Positions 36,400 to 37,954 of a stretch of 37,954 nucleotides of DNA are shown one piece after another. Below the pieces are notes generated by a model. The model was given only the letters and a program-made list of their open reading frames with translations. It was not told the origin of the DNA and did no database searches. A program made the translations under genes and the position numbers. The stretch's first letter is position 1, and every line of letters starts with the position of its first letter. Origin of the DNA: Octopus bimaculoides (taxonomy: Eukaryota); contig NC_068991.1 of the NCBI RefSeq assembly GCF_001194135.2, positions 65,446,858-65,484,811 on the forward strand, given 5' to 3'.

Positions 36400-36639
36400 A
36401 TATATTATTTTGTTTAAAAGAGTTCCAACACTGTCTGTTTTTTATGTTTTATTTATATTCCTTGTGGTATTTCTTATTTTCTATACTTTGTAGTATTTCA
36501 TCATGGCCAGTATGACAGACCTGTCATACCGGCCATGATGAAATACTACAAAGTATAGAAAATAAGAAATACCACAAGGAATATAAATAAAACATAAAAA
36601 ACAGACAGTGTTGGAACTCTTTTAAACAAAATAATATAT
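36400..36639. repeat. 240-bp palindrome (119-bp arms, 2-nt loop, one mismatch)
   Basis: 36400-36518 pairs with 36521-36639; apex tgacag-ac-ctgtca; the only mismatch seen is ggccAgtatg vs cataCcggcc. Confidence 0.96.
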
Positions 36640-36651
36640 ATATATATATAC

Positions 36652-36682
<31 letters not shown>

Positions 36683-36878
36683 TGTATACATCTTTTTTTC
36701 TGTTATCTTTTACTTGTTTTGGCCATCAGACGTCAGCCATGCAAGGGCACCACCTGAAAGGGTTTTAGTGGAACAAATCAACCCCAGTACTTAAACTTGG
36801 CACTTATTCTGTTGGTCTCTTTTGCCAAACCACTAAATTATGGGGATCTAAACAAGTCAGCATGGGTTATCAAGCAAT

Positions 36879-36924
<46 letters not shown>

Positions 36925-37663
36925 CATACACACACAAAGTAGATTTATTATCTATCTTTCAAATCCAATTTTTCCACATTTTCTCAAACCGTTAACAATA
37001 ATTATAATTTTACTGAAACAAGTAGAAAGATATATTTTTTAATGCATATATAGGATAAAATCCTTTTTAGAGCAGAAAAATTTGTCAGCAACCAGCGATG
37101 AGGATCAAACTCACACCCCTCTGATTTTACTGTTTGAAAGCATATTCGCTGAAGAATAAAGACTGTGAAGTTACAGTCATGGGCATACACCATTTGTTCT
37201 ATGCTTCCAATCAAGGTAGATAACTCTGCTTGGTTTAGTATCCCAGACTGAACAATGAAACACACGTCACACCTATTTCACAGTGGAGTGATTTGTGGTA
37301 AGAAGGGCAGAATGAGCATCTGAATAAACAAGTCATCCAAGTCTTGCAAGAATGGATAAAAGGAAAGAACAAAATAAAAATAAACATGACAAAGCTGAAT
37401 TTTGAAAATGGGCTCCCAAAATAGTTTTATCCTATTCTTGTTTTTCTTATTCTATATCTTTTATCTTTTACTAGCTTCAGTCATTGGGCTGTGGCCATGC
37501 TGGAGCACTCGAGCGGTCAAATCAGACAAATTGACTTCAGTACTTATGTGTTTAATACTAGTGCTTATTCTATCAGTCTCTTTTGTTTACAGGAATGTAA
37601 ACAAACCAACACCAGTCGTCAAGTACTGAAGTGGGGACAAACACAAAAACACACACACACATG

Positions 37664-37709
<46 letters not shown>

Positions 37710-37820
37710 CATAATATGGTAAAAATTCGATATTAATTAATATCAATTTAATACCAGGAAACTAGCACATTAAAAGAATCAGAAGGTTCTTGAAAAAATT
37801 TTTGGAGATCCTAAAAAGAT

Positions 37821-37952
37821 TATAGTACTTGTGTATATAAGATTGACCAGTGACCGGTCTGTCAAAATGCTAGAAGAGAAATTTTTAAGTGAGCTTCTTC
37901 TAGCATTTTGACAGACTGGTCACTGGTCAATCTTATATACACAAGTACTATA
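37821..37952. repeat. Inverted repeat (57-bp arms, 18-bp spacer, one mismatch)
   Basis: 37821-37877 pairs with 37896-37952; mismatch gaccGgtc vs gacTggtc. Confidence 0.95.
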
Positions 37953-37954
37953 TA

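Noticed and set aside
37002-37265. ORF 37002..37265 (-) as a candidate upstream CAMKMT exon
   Set aside because: No similarity to the expected N-terminal motifs (WxxL, SVRRF). Part of it looks like a decayed tRNA-derived SINE head (gagtttgatcctc).

Overview
Eukaryotic, AT-rich draft-assembly window with about 2.8 kb of N in 10 gaps. The density of microsatellites and tRNA-derived SINEs points to a coleoid cephalopod, most likely Octopus (inference). None of the long ORFs in the supplied track is a real gene: they are microsatellite or N-gap artefacts, or LINE remnants. Reading splice sites on the minus strand gives nine short GT-AG exons (35180 down to the stop at 2718). They join in one frame into the C-terminal ~229 aa of calmodulin-lysine N-methyltransferase (CAMKMT); the 5' exons lie outside the window or in a gap. 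The 1.7-5.9 kb introns contain several modular SINE families (four copies with clear TSDs), RTE and Tx1-like LINE 3' fragments, Tc1/mariner MITEs, and two GGATC-ended MITEs with 8-bp TSDs (Merlin-like). One of the Merlin-like MITEs carries a perfect 52-bp telomere-repeat palindrome. There are also three near-perfect fold-back inverted repeats, one with a degenerate minimal hammerhead-ribozyme motif at its inversion junction. I found no evidence of a new protein-coding system. The most unusual signals are the RNA/DNA-structure elements.
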